From NCBI GenBank assembly GCA_964488415.1, contig CAZAUP010000001.1:1-45484 (forward strand): a stretch of 45,484 nt of DNA, written 5' to 3'. Shown in pieces: positions 25,409 through 34,068 of this stretch. Under the pieces are notes generated by a model that saw nothing but the letters and a program-made list of their open reading frames with translations, was not told where the DNA came from and did no database searches. The position numbers and the translations under genes were made by a program. This stretch comes from an uncultured Lachnospiraceae bacterium (GTDB lineage: Bacteria > Bacillota > Clostridia > Lachnospirales > Lachnospiraceae). The stretch's first letter is position 1. The number at the start of each line of letters is the position of its first letter.

Positions 25409-27949
25409 GTGAAACGAATTGGTAAAATGTTAGTATTCCTTCTTTTGGCAGGAAGCCTGTGTGCCTGTGGTGAGGACGAAGTAGAAAAGGAAATTGTGAT
25501 TCGCTCTTACGATGAGGAAGTACACGGTGCAGAGGAATATAAACTGGAGAATGATGATTTGATTTTTGAGCTGGATCCTTCCACCACCTATTTTACGGTA
25601 ACGCAGAAGTCTACCGGCAAGGTATGGCGTTCCAATCCGGAGGATGGTGCAAACGATCCGAATGCGGATGCTGCAGGTAAAAAGTATTTACAGTCAACAC
25701 TTTTAATTGAGTACAATACTGAGAATGGCGTAAATACGATTTTGAACAATTACGAGTTCAGTATTGCCAACGGCATTTACGAGCTGGAGAAGACGGAGGA
25801 TGAAATCCGCGTATTATACACAATCGGTAAGGTTACAAAAACCTTCTATGTGCCGCCGGCAGTTCCGGAATCCCGTATGATGGAGTTCTACGAGAAGATG
25901 GAGCGTTCGCAGCAGAAGAAGATTGATACCTACTATCGCCGCTATGACATTAACAATCTGTTTGCAACTGATGATAAGTCAGAGCTTTTAGAAACTTATC
26001 CGGATCTTGCAAACGAGCGTGTTTATGTAGTCCGCGAGGGTACGAAGGAGTACCTGATGCGTCAGATGGAGGACATTTTCGCATCAGTAGGCTATACGGC
26101 TGATGATTATGCGGAGGATAAGGCTCGTTACAATGTTTCCACGCAGGAGAATAAAGCAATTATTAACCTGACCTTGGTTTATCGTATCGAGGACAATAAG
26201 CTTGTGGTAGAGATTCCGCATGATGAAATCGAGTACAAGTCGGATTATCCGCTGACAAAAATATCCCTGCTTCCGTACTTCGGTGCAGGCAGCATGGAGG
26301 ATGAAGGCTACATTCTTGTTCCGGAAGGCTCCGGCGCAGTTATTAACTTCAACAATGGTAAGTCCGAACAGTCCGCATATTACGCAGATGTATACGGCTG
26401 GGATTATGACCAGAAGCGAGAGGCAATCGTAGACGAAACAAGAGTGGCAATTCCGGTATACGGAATTGCAAACGGGGACAGCTCTTTTGTGGCAATCATG
26501 GAAGAGTACAGTACCATCGCTACGATTCAGGCAGACGTGAGTGGTCGCCGTCACAGCTTCAATTCTGCATATGCCACCTACGAAATTGTTCACGGTGATA
26601 CCATGGATATTTCCGCAAAGTCCGACCGTACCATTATGGCGTTTGAAAAGAATGTTCCGGAGGGCAGTACGGTACAGACCTATACCTTTATTGAGGGCAC
26701 GGATTATGTAGATATGGCTGAGGTATATCGTGAATACTTACAGGAAAAGTATCCGGAGCTTACGAAGGTAGAGGAAACAGAGCTTCCGGTTGCAGTGGAG
26801 TTTATTGGTGCGATTGACCGTATCAAGCAGATTCTTGGTATGCCGATTAAGCGTCCGGAGGTGCTGACCTCGTTTGCAGATGCAAAGACAATTTTAGAGG
26901 ATATGCTGGCAACCGGCTATGAGAACATTTCCGTGCGTTATAGCGGCTGGATGAACGGCGGTGTGACCCACTCCATTCCGAAGGACATTGATTTGACCAG
27001 CGGCATGGGCGGTAAAAAGGCACTGAACGCATTGATGGATTATGCAAACAGCAATGATATCGATATTTATTTAAACGGTCGTGTGCAGTTTGAGTACGAT
27101 AGTGATTTGCTTGACGGCTTTATTCGCTCCAGAGATGCGGCAAAGTACATCAGCCGTGAGATTACGGAGCTGTACGCATACTCCAACATTACATTTGGTG
27201 AGCTGTCCACAGATCGTCAGGAAACGTACCATCTGCTCCGTCCTAGTGTTTGCGTGAAGCTGATGGACAATTTGGCAGAGGCGGCTGAAAAGTATAAGGC
27301 AGGTGTTTCCTTCGAGGAAGTAGGCTATCTTCTCAGTGCAGATTATAATCCGAGAAGAACCGTGACCCGTGAGGAATCTATGAAGATGCAGATGGAGACG
27401 TTGGCTGAAATCAAGGCAAAGGGTACTCCGATTATGCTTTCTGCAGGTAATGAATATGCACTTGCCTATGCAGATATTATTGTAAACGTAGATTTAGAAG
27501 GAAAGGATTATCAGCTTCTTGACTATAAGGTTCCGTTCTATGAAATTGCAGTGCATGGTTTGATTAATTACACCGGCGATGCCATCAACCTTGCAGATGA
27601 TGCGTTGGATATTGTGCTTAAGTCTGCTGAGTCGGGTGCCGGTCTTTCCTTCACATTTATGAGCGAATCGTCGGATATATTGCAGAATACCGAGTACATG
27701 GAGTATTTTGCTGCCGATTATACGCAGTGGAAGGAAAGAGCAGCCGGTTATTATGTCCGTTATAAAGAAGAAATGGCGGGCTTAAACAACCAGTTTATCG
27801 TAGACCATGATGTGCTTGCAGCGGGAGTTACGGCAACTACCTATGAGGACGGTACCGTAGTATACGTAAACTACAATACAACAGCTTACGAGGACGGTGC
27901 TTTATCCGTTCCGGCAAGAGATTATCTGGTAGAAAGGAGCGGGAACTAA
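25409..27949 (+). CDS. 846-aa lipoprotein of unknown function (from memory it resembles the family catalogued as DUF5696; unverified)
   Basis: GTG start behind AAAGGAGGA. Lipobox LLAGSLCAC. No motif I can assign to a known GH/PL/CE family. The stop codon directly abuts the next permease start. Confidence 0.6.
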   Translation: MKRIGKMLVFLLLAGSLCACGEDEVEKEIVIRSYDEEVHGAEEYKLENDDLIFELDPSTTYFTVTQKSTGKVWRSNPEDGANDPNADAAGKKYLQSTLLIEYNTENGVNTILNNYEFSIANGIYELEKTEDEIRVLYTIGKVTKTFYVPPAVPESRMMEFYEKMERSQQKKIDTYYRRYDINNLFATDDKSELLETYPDLANERVYVVREGTKEYLMRQMEDIFASVGYTADDYAEDKARYNVSTQENKAIINLTLVYRIEDNKLVVEIPHDEIEYKSDYPLTKISLLPYFGAGSMEDEGYILVPEGSGAVINFNNGKSEQSAYYADVYGWDYDQKREAIVDETRVAIPVYGIANGDSSFVAIMEEYSTIATIQADVSGRRHSFNSAYATYEIVHGDTMDISAKSDRTIMAFEKNVPEGSTVQTYTFIEGTDYVDMAEVYREYLQEKYPELTKVEETELPVAVEFIGAIDRIKQILGMPIKRPEVLTSFADAKTILEDMLATGYENISVRYSGWMNGGVTHSIPKDIDLTSGMGGKKALNALMDYANSNDIDIYLNGRVQFEYDSDLLDGFIRSRDAAKYISREITELYAYSNITFGELSTDRQETYHLLRPSVCVKLMDNLAEAAEKYKAGVSFEEVGYLLSADYNPRRTVTREESMKMQMETLAEIKAKGTPIMLSAGNEYALAYADIIVNVDLEGKDYQLLDYKVPFYEIAVHGLINYTGDAINLADDALDIVLKSAESGAGLSFTFMSESSDILQNTEYMEYFAADYTQWKERAAGYYVRYKEEMAGLNNQFIVDHDVLAAGVTATTYEDGTVVYVNYNTTAYEDGALSVPARDYLVERSGN

Positions 27950-28876
27950 GTGAAAGCAAGAGCAAAGAAACCTAGAAATTTACGCAGACGCAATGCGATT
28001 GCGGGATATCTTTTCATCAGTCCTTTCATTATCGGATTTGTGGCATTTATGTTAAAGCCGATGTTTGAATCCTTCCGGATGAGCCTTAGCCGTGTTACGG
28101 TAAATGCTTCCGGAAGCGGAGAGCCGTTTGTAATGGATTTTATTACAAACTTTAAGGAATCGAATTACTTTTATGCATTCTTACGAGACCCGGAATTTAA
28201 GAACCTCTTAGTCGAGACGCTAAAGGATATGGCAATTCAGGTTCCATCCATTTTGGTGTTCAGCTTCTTTATAGCGTTGCTGTTAAATCAGAATTTCAAG
28301 GGAAGAGGCTTTGTAAGAGCAGTATTCTTCCTGCCGGTAATTTTGGCATCTGGTATTTTAGTCGGTCTGGAAACCGATAATGTGTTAATGTCGGGTATGA
28401 AGGATGTTATTTCTGAATCGTCCGGCGCTACCATTACCGCTACACTGGAGGAAATTTTGAAAACGTCCGGTGTCGGGGGAAAGATTTTGGACCCGGTATT
28501 TACGATTATTGATTCGGTATATGATATTGCACTTGCTTCCGGTATTCAGATTATTATCTTTATTTCCGGTTTGCAGACGGTGTCGCCGAGCATGTACGAG
28601 GCAGCAAAGATTGAGGGCTGCAGCGCATGGGAAAGCTTCTGGAAGATTACCTTCCCGATGGTAAGCTCCATGATTCTCGTAAATTTGATTTACTCTGTAG
28701 TTGACTTCTTTATGCGAACAGATAATGAAGCCATGGAATTGATTACCGAAAAGATTAACCCGGAAATGAACTACGGTTTGGGTTCCGCAATGGCGTGGAG
28801 CTACTTCGGCATTGTAGTGGTAGTCTTAGGTATTCTTGTAGCGATTATTTCGAAGAAGGTGTACTATTATGAGTAA
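27950..28876 (+). CDS. CUT1 sugar ABC transporter permease (MalF-like), set B
   Basis: GTG start immediately after the upstream TAA (GGAG 10 nt upstream). EAA loop EAAKIEGCSAWESFWKITFPMVSS. Confidence 0.85.
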   Translation: MKARAKKPRNLRRRNAIAGYLFISPFIIGFVAFMLKPMFESFRMSLSRVTVNASGSGEPFVMDFITNFKESNYFYAFLRDPEFKNLLVETLKDMAIQVPSILVFSFFIALLLNQNFKGRGFVRAVFFLPVILASGILVGLETDNVLMSGMKDVISESSGATITATLEEILKTSGVGGKILDPVFTIIDSVYDIALASGIQIIIFISGLQTVSPSMYEAAKIEGCSAWESFWKITFPMVSSMILVNLIYSVVDFFMRTDNEAMELITEKINPEMNYGLGSAMAWSYFGIVVVVLGILVAIISKKVYYYE

Positions 28877-29867
28877 AGCGAAAGTAGTGAAAAGAAAAGA
28901 CTTCTGGGAGCGGAATAAAAAGACACACGGCTATCTTTTAAAGAAGAAAATCGGTGAGTATTCTTTCCGTGTGATTAGGGCATTGCTTCTGTTCGGCTTA
29001 TGCTTTTTGATTCTGCAACCGCTTATTAACAAGTTATCCGTCAGCTTTATGGAGCAGGAGGACTTGTATGATGCAACTGTTATTTCCATTCCGCGTAACT
29101 TTACCCTTGGGAACTACAGGCTGGTAGATTACCTGATTGGTTACTGGGAGTGTATGTGGAATTCCTTATGGGTGTCCTTTGTGGTTGCGGTGCTTCAGGT
29201 GATTGCTTGTACCCTTGTAGGCTACGGCTTTGCAAGATTTAAGTTTCCGTTTAAAAGCTTTTGGTTCGGTTGCGTAATTCTTGTTATTATCGTGCCGCCG
29301 CAGACGATTATGAGCTCCCTGTACTTAAACTTCCGTTATTTTGATGTATTCGGCATTATTAAGCTGATTACGGGACATACGCTGAACCTTCAGTCCTCCA
29401 TGGCACCGTACCTGATGATGTGTGCTACCTGTATGGGTCTGAAGTGCGGTCTGTACATTTATATGCTCCGTCAGTTCTTCCGTGGTATTCCGAAGGAGCT
29501 GGAGGAGGCAGCTTATGTGGATGGCTGCGGTACGCTTGCAACCTTCTTCCGTATCATGCTTCCGGATGCAAAGTCCATGATTACATCCTGCTTCCTGTTT
29601 GCCTTTGTATGGCAGTGGACAGATTCCTTCTATACGAAGATGTTCCTCGGAAACATGGAGGTATTGACCAAGGGTCTGAACTCTATTGCAGGTCGTCTGG
29701 ATAATTATGTGGAGCAGATGGGTATGGGTACACTTGCAAGTGAAGCATTCCTTCAGCAGACCATTTCAACCGGTATTTTAATGGCAATAGCACCGTTGCT
29801 TATCTTATATCTCTTCGCTCAGAAGGGTTTTGTAGAGAGCTTGAGCCAGACCGGTATTAAAATGTAA
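28869..29867 (+). CDS. CUT1 sugar ABC transporter permease (MalG-like), set B
   Basis: The start overlaps the upstream stop (ATGAGTAA). EAA loop EAAYVDGCGTLATFFRIMLPDAKS. Confidence 0.85.
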   Translation: MSKAKVVKRKDFWERNKKTHGYLLKKKIGEYSFRVIRALLLFGLCFLILQPLINKLSVSFMEQEDLYDATVISIPRNFTLGNYRLVDYLIGYWECMWNSLWVSFVVAVLQVIACTLVGYGFARFKFPFKSFWFGCVILVIIVPPQTIMSSLYLNFRYFDVFGIIKLITGHTLNLQSSMAPYLMMCATCMGLKCGLYIYMLRQFFRGIPKELEEAAYVDGCGTLATFFRIMLPDAKSMITSCFLFAFVWQWTDSFYTKMFLGNMEVLTKGLNSIAGRLDNYVEQMGMGTLASEAFLQQTISTGILMAIAPLLILYLFAQKGFVESLSQTGIKM

Positions 29868-29897
29868 CAAGAAATTATTAAATATTGCAGAAAAAAC

Positions 29898-29926
29898 TAG
29901 CAATTTTTAATGAGGTATGTTATAAT
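29898..29926 (+). promoter_or_regulatory. Possible internal promoter with extended -10 (TAGCAA-17-TGtTATAAT) ahead of the second SBP gene
   Basis: TATAAT at 29921-29926 preceded by TGT. Weak -35 at 29898-29903. Confidence 0.4.
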
Positions 29927-30028
29927 ACATCTAGATAGTTGATGCAGAGGCATTCGCTATACAAAGAGGAGTCGACATTTAAGTCGAATGGGACGCCAAA
30001 CCCAAATTAAAAAAGGAGGAATTTTGGT

Positions 30029-31444
30029 ATGAGAATTAAGAAGTATGCTGCAGCGTTTCTTGCTGCAACCACTGTACTTGGCAGCATGGCTGCTTGTGGC
30101 GGTGACAAAGATGTAGCTGCAACTCCGGCACCGACCAAGGGCGCAGATCAGGACAATGACAAGGATAATGATACCGACCCGACCCCGACGGATGAGCCGG
30201 CAAGAGATCTTGGCGGTATGGAAATTATCATCGGTGACCACTGGTCTCCGGAAGAGCCGAACCCGCCGGCAAGTGCTCAGGAAGAGGCTACCTTGGCTTA
30301 CCGTAACGAGATTATGGCTAAGTACAATTTCACCATGAAGCAGGTTGCTGTAGCAGGCTGGGGTGAGATGACCGATACCTGTACGAACTCTATCCTTGCT
30401 GGAGATCCGGCAGCAGAAGTATTCGTACTTGATTCCAGCTTTGTTTCTAAGCCGATGAGCAATGGTTTGTTCTATGACTTAGCTACCTTGGAAGAGTTTG
30501 ATTTCACTGAAGATAAGTGGAATAAGGAAGCAATCAGCCTGATGACCATTGGCGATTCCATCTATGGTATGGTTTCCGGCAGCCGTCCGGAGGCTAGACT
30601 TGGTCTTTTCTGGAACAAGAGACTGTTCGAGGAAGCTGGTCTTGATCCGGATCTTCCGTATGAATTACAGAAGAGCGGCGAGTGGACCTGGTCCAAGTTC
30701 AAGGAAATCTGTGCACAGCTGACCCGTGATACCAATGCAGACGGTGTGGTTGACACCTACGCTATGGGTAACTTTGGTCCGGATATCTGTAAGGCACTTA
30801 TCAACTCCACCGGTACCGAGCTTATTACTGTAGAGAATGGTCAGTTTGTAAACAACTCCGGTTCCCAGAATGTTCTTGATGCATTGAACTTTGCTAAGGA
30901 GCTTGGTGATGCAGGCTATGAGATGCCGCAGCCGGATGGTTCCCAGTGGGATTGGTACAAGGCAGCATTCTCTGATGGTTGGTTCGCAATGCAGTTCAAC
31001 GAGACCTACATGGCTAACCAGACTTGGGCTGACATGGAAGATGACTTTGGTTTTGTATGCTGCCCGAAGCCGGATGGCGCTGATACCTATCACACCATCT
31101 TCAACGAGAATATCGTAATTATTCCGTCTTGCTTTGATGCAGCTACTGCTTCTAACATCGCTTTCGCATATAACCTTTGGACGAATCCGACCCCGGGTTA
31201 TGAAGAGGACGATGACTGGAAGGATACCTATTACACCAGATTCCGTGATGAGAGAGCAGTTGATGAAACTCTTGAAATCTTCTTCTCTGAAGGTGTTGGT
31301 AGCTTCGAGCACTTAGCACTTGTATACGGCGTAAGCTACGGCGATATCTGCTATTCTTATCCGTTTGCTTCCCAGACTCCGGCTGAGAAGATCGAGGAGA
31401 TTAAGAATACTTGGGATTCTGCAATCGCAGAGGCTAATAAGTAA
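30029..31444 (+). CDS. CUT1 extracellular solute-binding lipoprotein, set B
   Basis: Lipobox LGSMAACGG, Asp/Pro/Thr-rich linker, 471 aa with a typical sugar-SBP size. Strong RBS AAGGAGG. Confidence 0.85.
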   Translation: MRIKKYAAAFLAATTVLGSMAACGGDKDVAATPAPTKGADQDNDKDNDTDPTPTDEPARDLGGMEIIIGDHWSPEEPNPPASAQEEATLAYRNEIMAKYNFTMKQVAVAGWGEMTDTCTNSILAGDPAAEVFVLDSSFVSKPMSNGLFYDLATLEEFDFTEDKWNKEAISLMTIGDSIYGMVSGSRPEARLGLFWNKRLFEEAGLDPDLPYELQKSGEWTWSKFKEICAQLTRDTNADGVVDTYAMGNFGPDICKALINSTGTELITVENGQFVNNSGSQNVLDALNFAKELGDAGYEMPQPDGSQWDWYKAAFSDGWFAMQFNETYMANQTWADMEDDFGFVCCPKPDGADTYHTIFNENIVIIPSCFDAATASNIAFAYNLWTNPTPGYEEDDDWKDTYYTRFRDERAVDETLEIFFSEGVGSFEHLALVYGVSYGDICYSYPFASQTPAEKIEEIKNTWDSAIAEANK

Positions 31445-31475
31445 TATGACACGGCTTTACATAGGCGTGTAAATG

Positions 31476-31499
31476 AAGGGGCGGTTTTACCGCCCCTTT
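31476..31499 (+). terminator. Rho-independent terminator ending the nine-gene operon
   Basis: AAGGGGCGG (31476-31484) / CCGCCCCTT (31490-31498), loop TTTTA. Confidence 0.65.
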
Positions 31500-31557
31500 A
31501 TGTAAATAAAGGGATGTATAATTGTGGAACGGATGCGGTGTGAAAGGAGAGGTGCGT

Positions 31558-32925
31558 ATGAGAAAGAGTGTATTAGTTGGAGTGTTATCTGTAGCGACAT
31601 TACTTGGATTAGGTGGGTGTGCGAGTACAATTGAAATCGGGCCGGTACCGTCAATTACACCGAAGCCGTCGGTCACGCCGACTCCTTCTCCGATACCGAC
31701 GGAGCTTCCGGATGACCCGAACCGGTTGAATTTTAAAGCGCAATATGAAGAAAACGGTGTGTTAAAGTCGCTGGCAGAGCGTTATGATGGATACTTTACG
31801 ATGGGTGTTGCTGTATCCAGGGATGAAATTGAAGATGAAACAAAACGGGCGTTGATTACACAGCAGTTCGATACGATTACATGCTTGAATGAGCTTACGC
31901 CCGCTTATATATTTGATCAGGAGGCTACCTTGGCGAGCGGAGATAGGGAGAGAGTAGTAATTGACTTCTCCGGTGCCGATGTGATTTTAAAGTATGCAAA
32001 GGAAAACGGAAAAACAGTACGGGGATCTGCGCTGGTGTCTTATAACCGGACACCGGACTGGTTTTTTACACCGGACTTTGAAATTACAGACATGACACTG
32101 GTTAGAGATACAGACGGCGACGGTATCATGGACGAGCCGGATTATCCGCTTGCTTCTGCAGAGGTTATGGAGAAGCGTCTTGAAAATCTGATTAAGGATG
32201 TCATGGAATATTGTAATACCAATTATCCGGGTGTTATTGTTTCCTGGGATCTGGTGGAAGAGGTTATTGCACCGACGGACGGTCATCCGCAGAAGTACCG
32301 CATGGCGACCTCCGATTGGTATCGTACCATGGGAGATGAATATATTTTTAAAGCATTTGAGTTCGGCAGACAGTATGCGGCGGAGGGGCAGAAGCTCTTT
32401 TACAGTGAATATCAGATATATGAGTCGGTGCGGCGTACTCCGACGGTGGATTTAGTAAAGCTTTTAGTTGAGAAAGACCTGATTGACGGTATGGCGATTC
32501 AGGGTCACTGGACATACCAGTCTCCGAATATGATGGATATTGAAGAAGTGTTCAAGCCGTTTGCAAACCTTGGTATTGAAATCCAGGTTTCCGAACTGGA
32601 TATCAATATGGAAAATACCGATTCGGATGATGCGGAACGAACACAGGATGAGATTTTGGCACAGGTAGCAAAGCGTTATAAGAATGTATTTAATTGGTTT
32701 ACCAAAATGGAGAATGAAGGGAAATATGATTTTGCCGGAATTACGATTTATGGTTTGACAGATGACGCTTCCTGGTACAATCAGCCGAAGGAGGGCGTAG
32801 ACGCAGAAGGCAATCCGACGATTACGATTCCGGAGCCGAACTATCCGCTGCTTTTTGACGGAGAGTTAAAGCCGAAGGATGCATTCTTTGGTGCTCTTTT
32901 GGATGAAAGCATTAAGCTATACTAA
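31558..32925 (+). CDS. GH10 endo-1,4-beta-xylanase, lipoprotein (cell-surface)
   Basis: Start at ATG 31558 (MRKSVLVGVLSVATLLGLGGCAS). Ser/Pro/Thr-rich linker. GH10 acid/base block WDLVEEV and nucleophile block QVSELDI. Confidence 0.8.
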   Translation: MRKSVLVGVLSVATLLGLGGCASTIEIGPVPSITPKPSVTPTPSPIPTELPDDPNRLNFKAQYEENGVLKSLAERYDGYFTMGVAVSRDEIEDETKRALITQQFDTITCLNELTPAYIFDQEATLASGDRERVVIDFSGADVILKYAKENGKTVRGSALVSYNRTPDWFFTPDFEITDMTLVRDTDGDGIMDEPDYPLASAEVMEKRLENLIKDVMEYCNTNYPGVIVSWDLVEEVIAPTDGHPQKYRMATSDWYRTMGDEYIFKAFEFGRQYAAEGQKLFYSEYQIYESVRRTPTVDLVKLLVEKDLIDGMAIQGHWTYQSPNMMDIEEVFKPFANLGIEIQVSELDINMENTDSDDAERTQDEILAQVAKRYKNVFNWFTKMENEGKYDFAGITIYGLTDDASWYNQPKEGVDAEGNPTITIPEPNYPLLFDGELKPKDAFFGALLDESIKLY

Positions 32926-32947
32926 ATGGGAAGAACGAGGGAAGGTA

Positions 32948-33913
32948 ATGCAGGCAGAGAGTTTAAAAGAAAGGTATGCACCGTATTTTAAAATCGGTGC
33001 AGCAGTCAGTCCGCGTGATATTGCACAGTGCGGAGATATAATAAAACAGCATTTTAACAGTATAACCTGTGACAATGCCATGAAGTATTCAAGTTTAACA
33101 AGAACGCCGGGTGAGTTTTTTACCGAGCCGGCGGATAAGGTGGTGGCGTTTGCAAAGGAAAATGGAATGGCTTTGCATGGGCACACACTTGTGTGGCATA
33201 ATCAGACACCGGATTTTATCTTTGAAAATGCAACACCGGAGAAGCTGCTTTCCACCCTGAGGGAGCATGTACGGCGCGTTCGGGAACATTTCGGAGAACT
33301 GCCATCTTTTGATGCCGTAAACGAGGCTGTAGAGGATAAGAGTAATTCGTTTTTGCGTGATACAAAGTGGAAAGCAATTCTCGGAGAGGATTATATTCGG
33401 AAGGTATTTCGGGTTATTAAAGAGGAGCTTCCGAATACGAAGCTGTTTTACAATGATTACAACGAGTTTATTCCGGAAAAGAGGGAGAAGATTGTACGTT
33501 TGTTGCAGTCTCTGCAGGCAGAGGGACTGGTGGACGGCATGGGAATGCAGTTCCATTGCAGCGTGTTTCGTCCGCCGGTTGATTTGATTAAGCGCACAAT
33601 AGAGCAGTATGCATCACTCGGTCTGTCACTTCGTGTTTCCGAGATGGATGTATCGTTGTACAGGGACAATGATGAAAAGCAGTTTGTGGTGCCTGCGCCG
33701 GAGCGTTTGAAAATGCAGGCGGATTTTTATGAGCAGTGCTTTAAGGTGTTCCGCGAATATCATAAGCATATTGAGGCGGTGACACTTTGGGGTGTAGCGG
33801 ATGATGCAACGTGGCTTAATAATTTTCCTGTTGTCGGAAGAAAAAATTGGCCGTTGCTGTTTGATGATAAGCATGAGCCGAAGGAAGCGTTCTATCGGAT
33901 TATGAGCTTTTAA
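32948..33913 (+). CDS. GH10 endo-1,4-beta-xylanase, cytoplasmic (no signal peptide)
   Basis: Start at ATG 32948 (MQAESLKERYAPYFKIGAAV). HGHTLVWHNQTP, FDAVNEAV, FYNDYN and VSEMDV are canonical GH10 blocks. Confidence 0.9.
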   Translation: MQAESLKERYAPYFKIGAAVSPRDIAQCGDIIKQHFNSITCDNAMKYSSLTRTPGEFFTEPADKVVAFAKENGMALHGHTLVWHNQTPDFIFENATPEKLLSTLREHVRRVREHFGELPSFDAVNEAVEDKSNSFLRDTKWKAILGEDYIRKVFRVIKEELPNTKLFYNDYNEFIPEKREKIVRLLQSLQAEGLVDGMGMQFHCSVFRPPVDLIKRTIEQYASLGLSLRVSEMDVSLYRDNDEKQFVVPAPERLKMQADFYEQCFKVFREYHKHIEAVTLWGVADDATWLNNFPVVGRKNWPLLFDDKHEPKEAFYRIMSF

Positions 33914-34068
33914 TGAAACATGGAATAAGCAGTATATTCTAAATTAGTTTCATTTGATAATTACGAAGGGTTGGATTTTGGGCGATTTTGCATTCAGAAT
34001 TCGACCTTTTGTTTTAAAAAAAGGTTGCAGGCAGTCGGAAGAGGACTTGCAAAAGAAAGGAGTTTATA

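Noticed and set aside
27947-27952. The 846-aa gene and the following permease are in the same frame, separated only by TAA. This could suggest a fused or readthrough protein.
   Set aside because: A GGAG lies 10 nt upstream of the GTG, and the permease N-terminus (basic stretch then TM1) looks complete. A lipoprotein-permease fusion is topologically unnecessary. The arrangement is treated as tight translational coupling.
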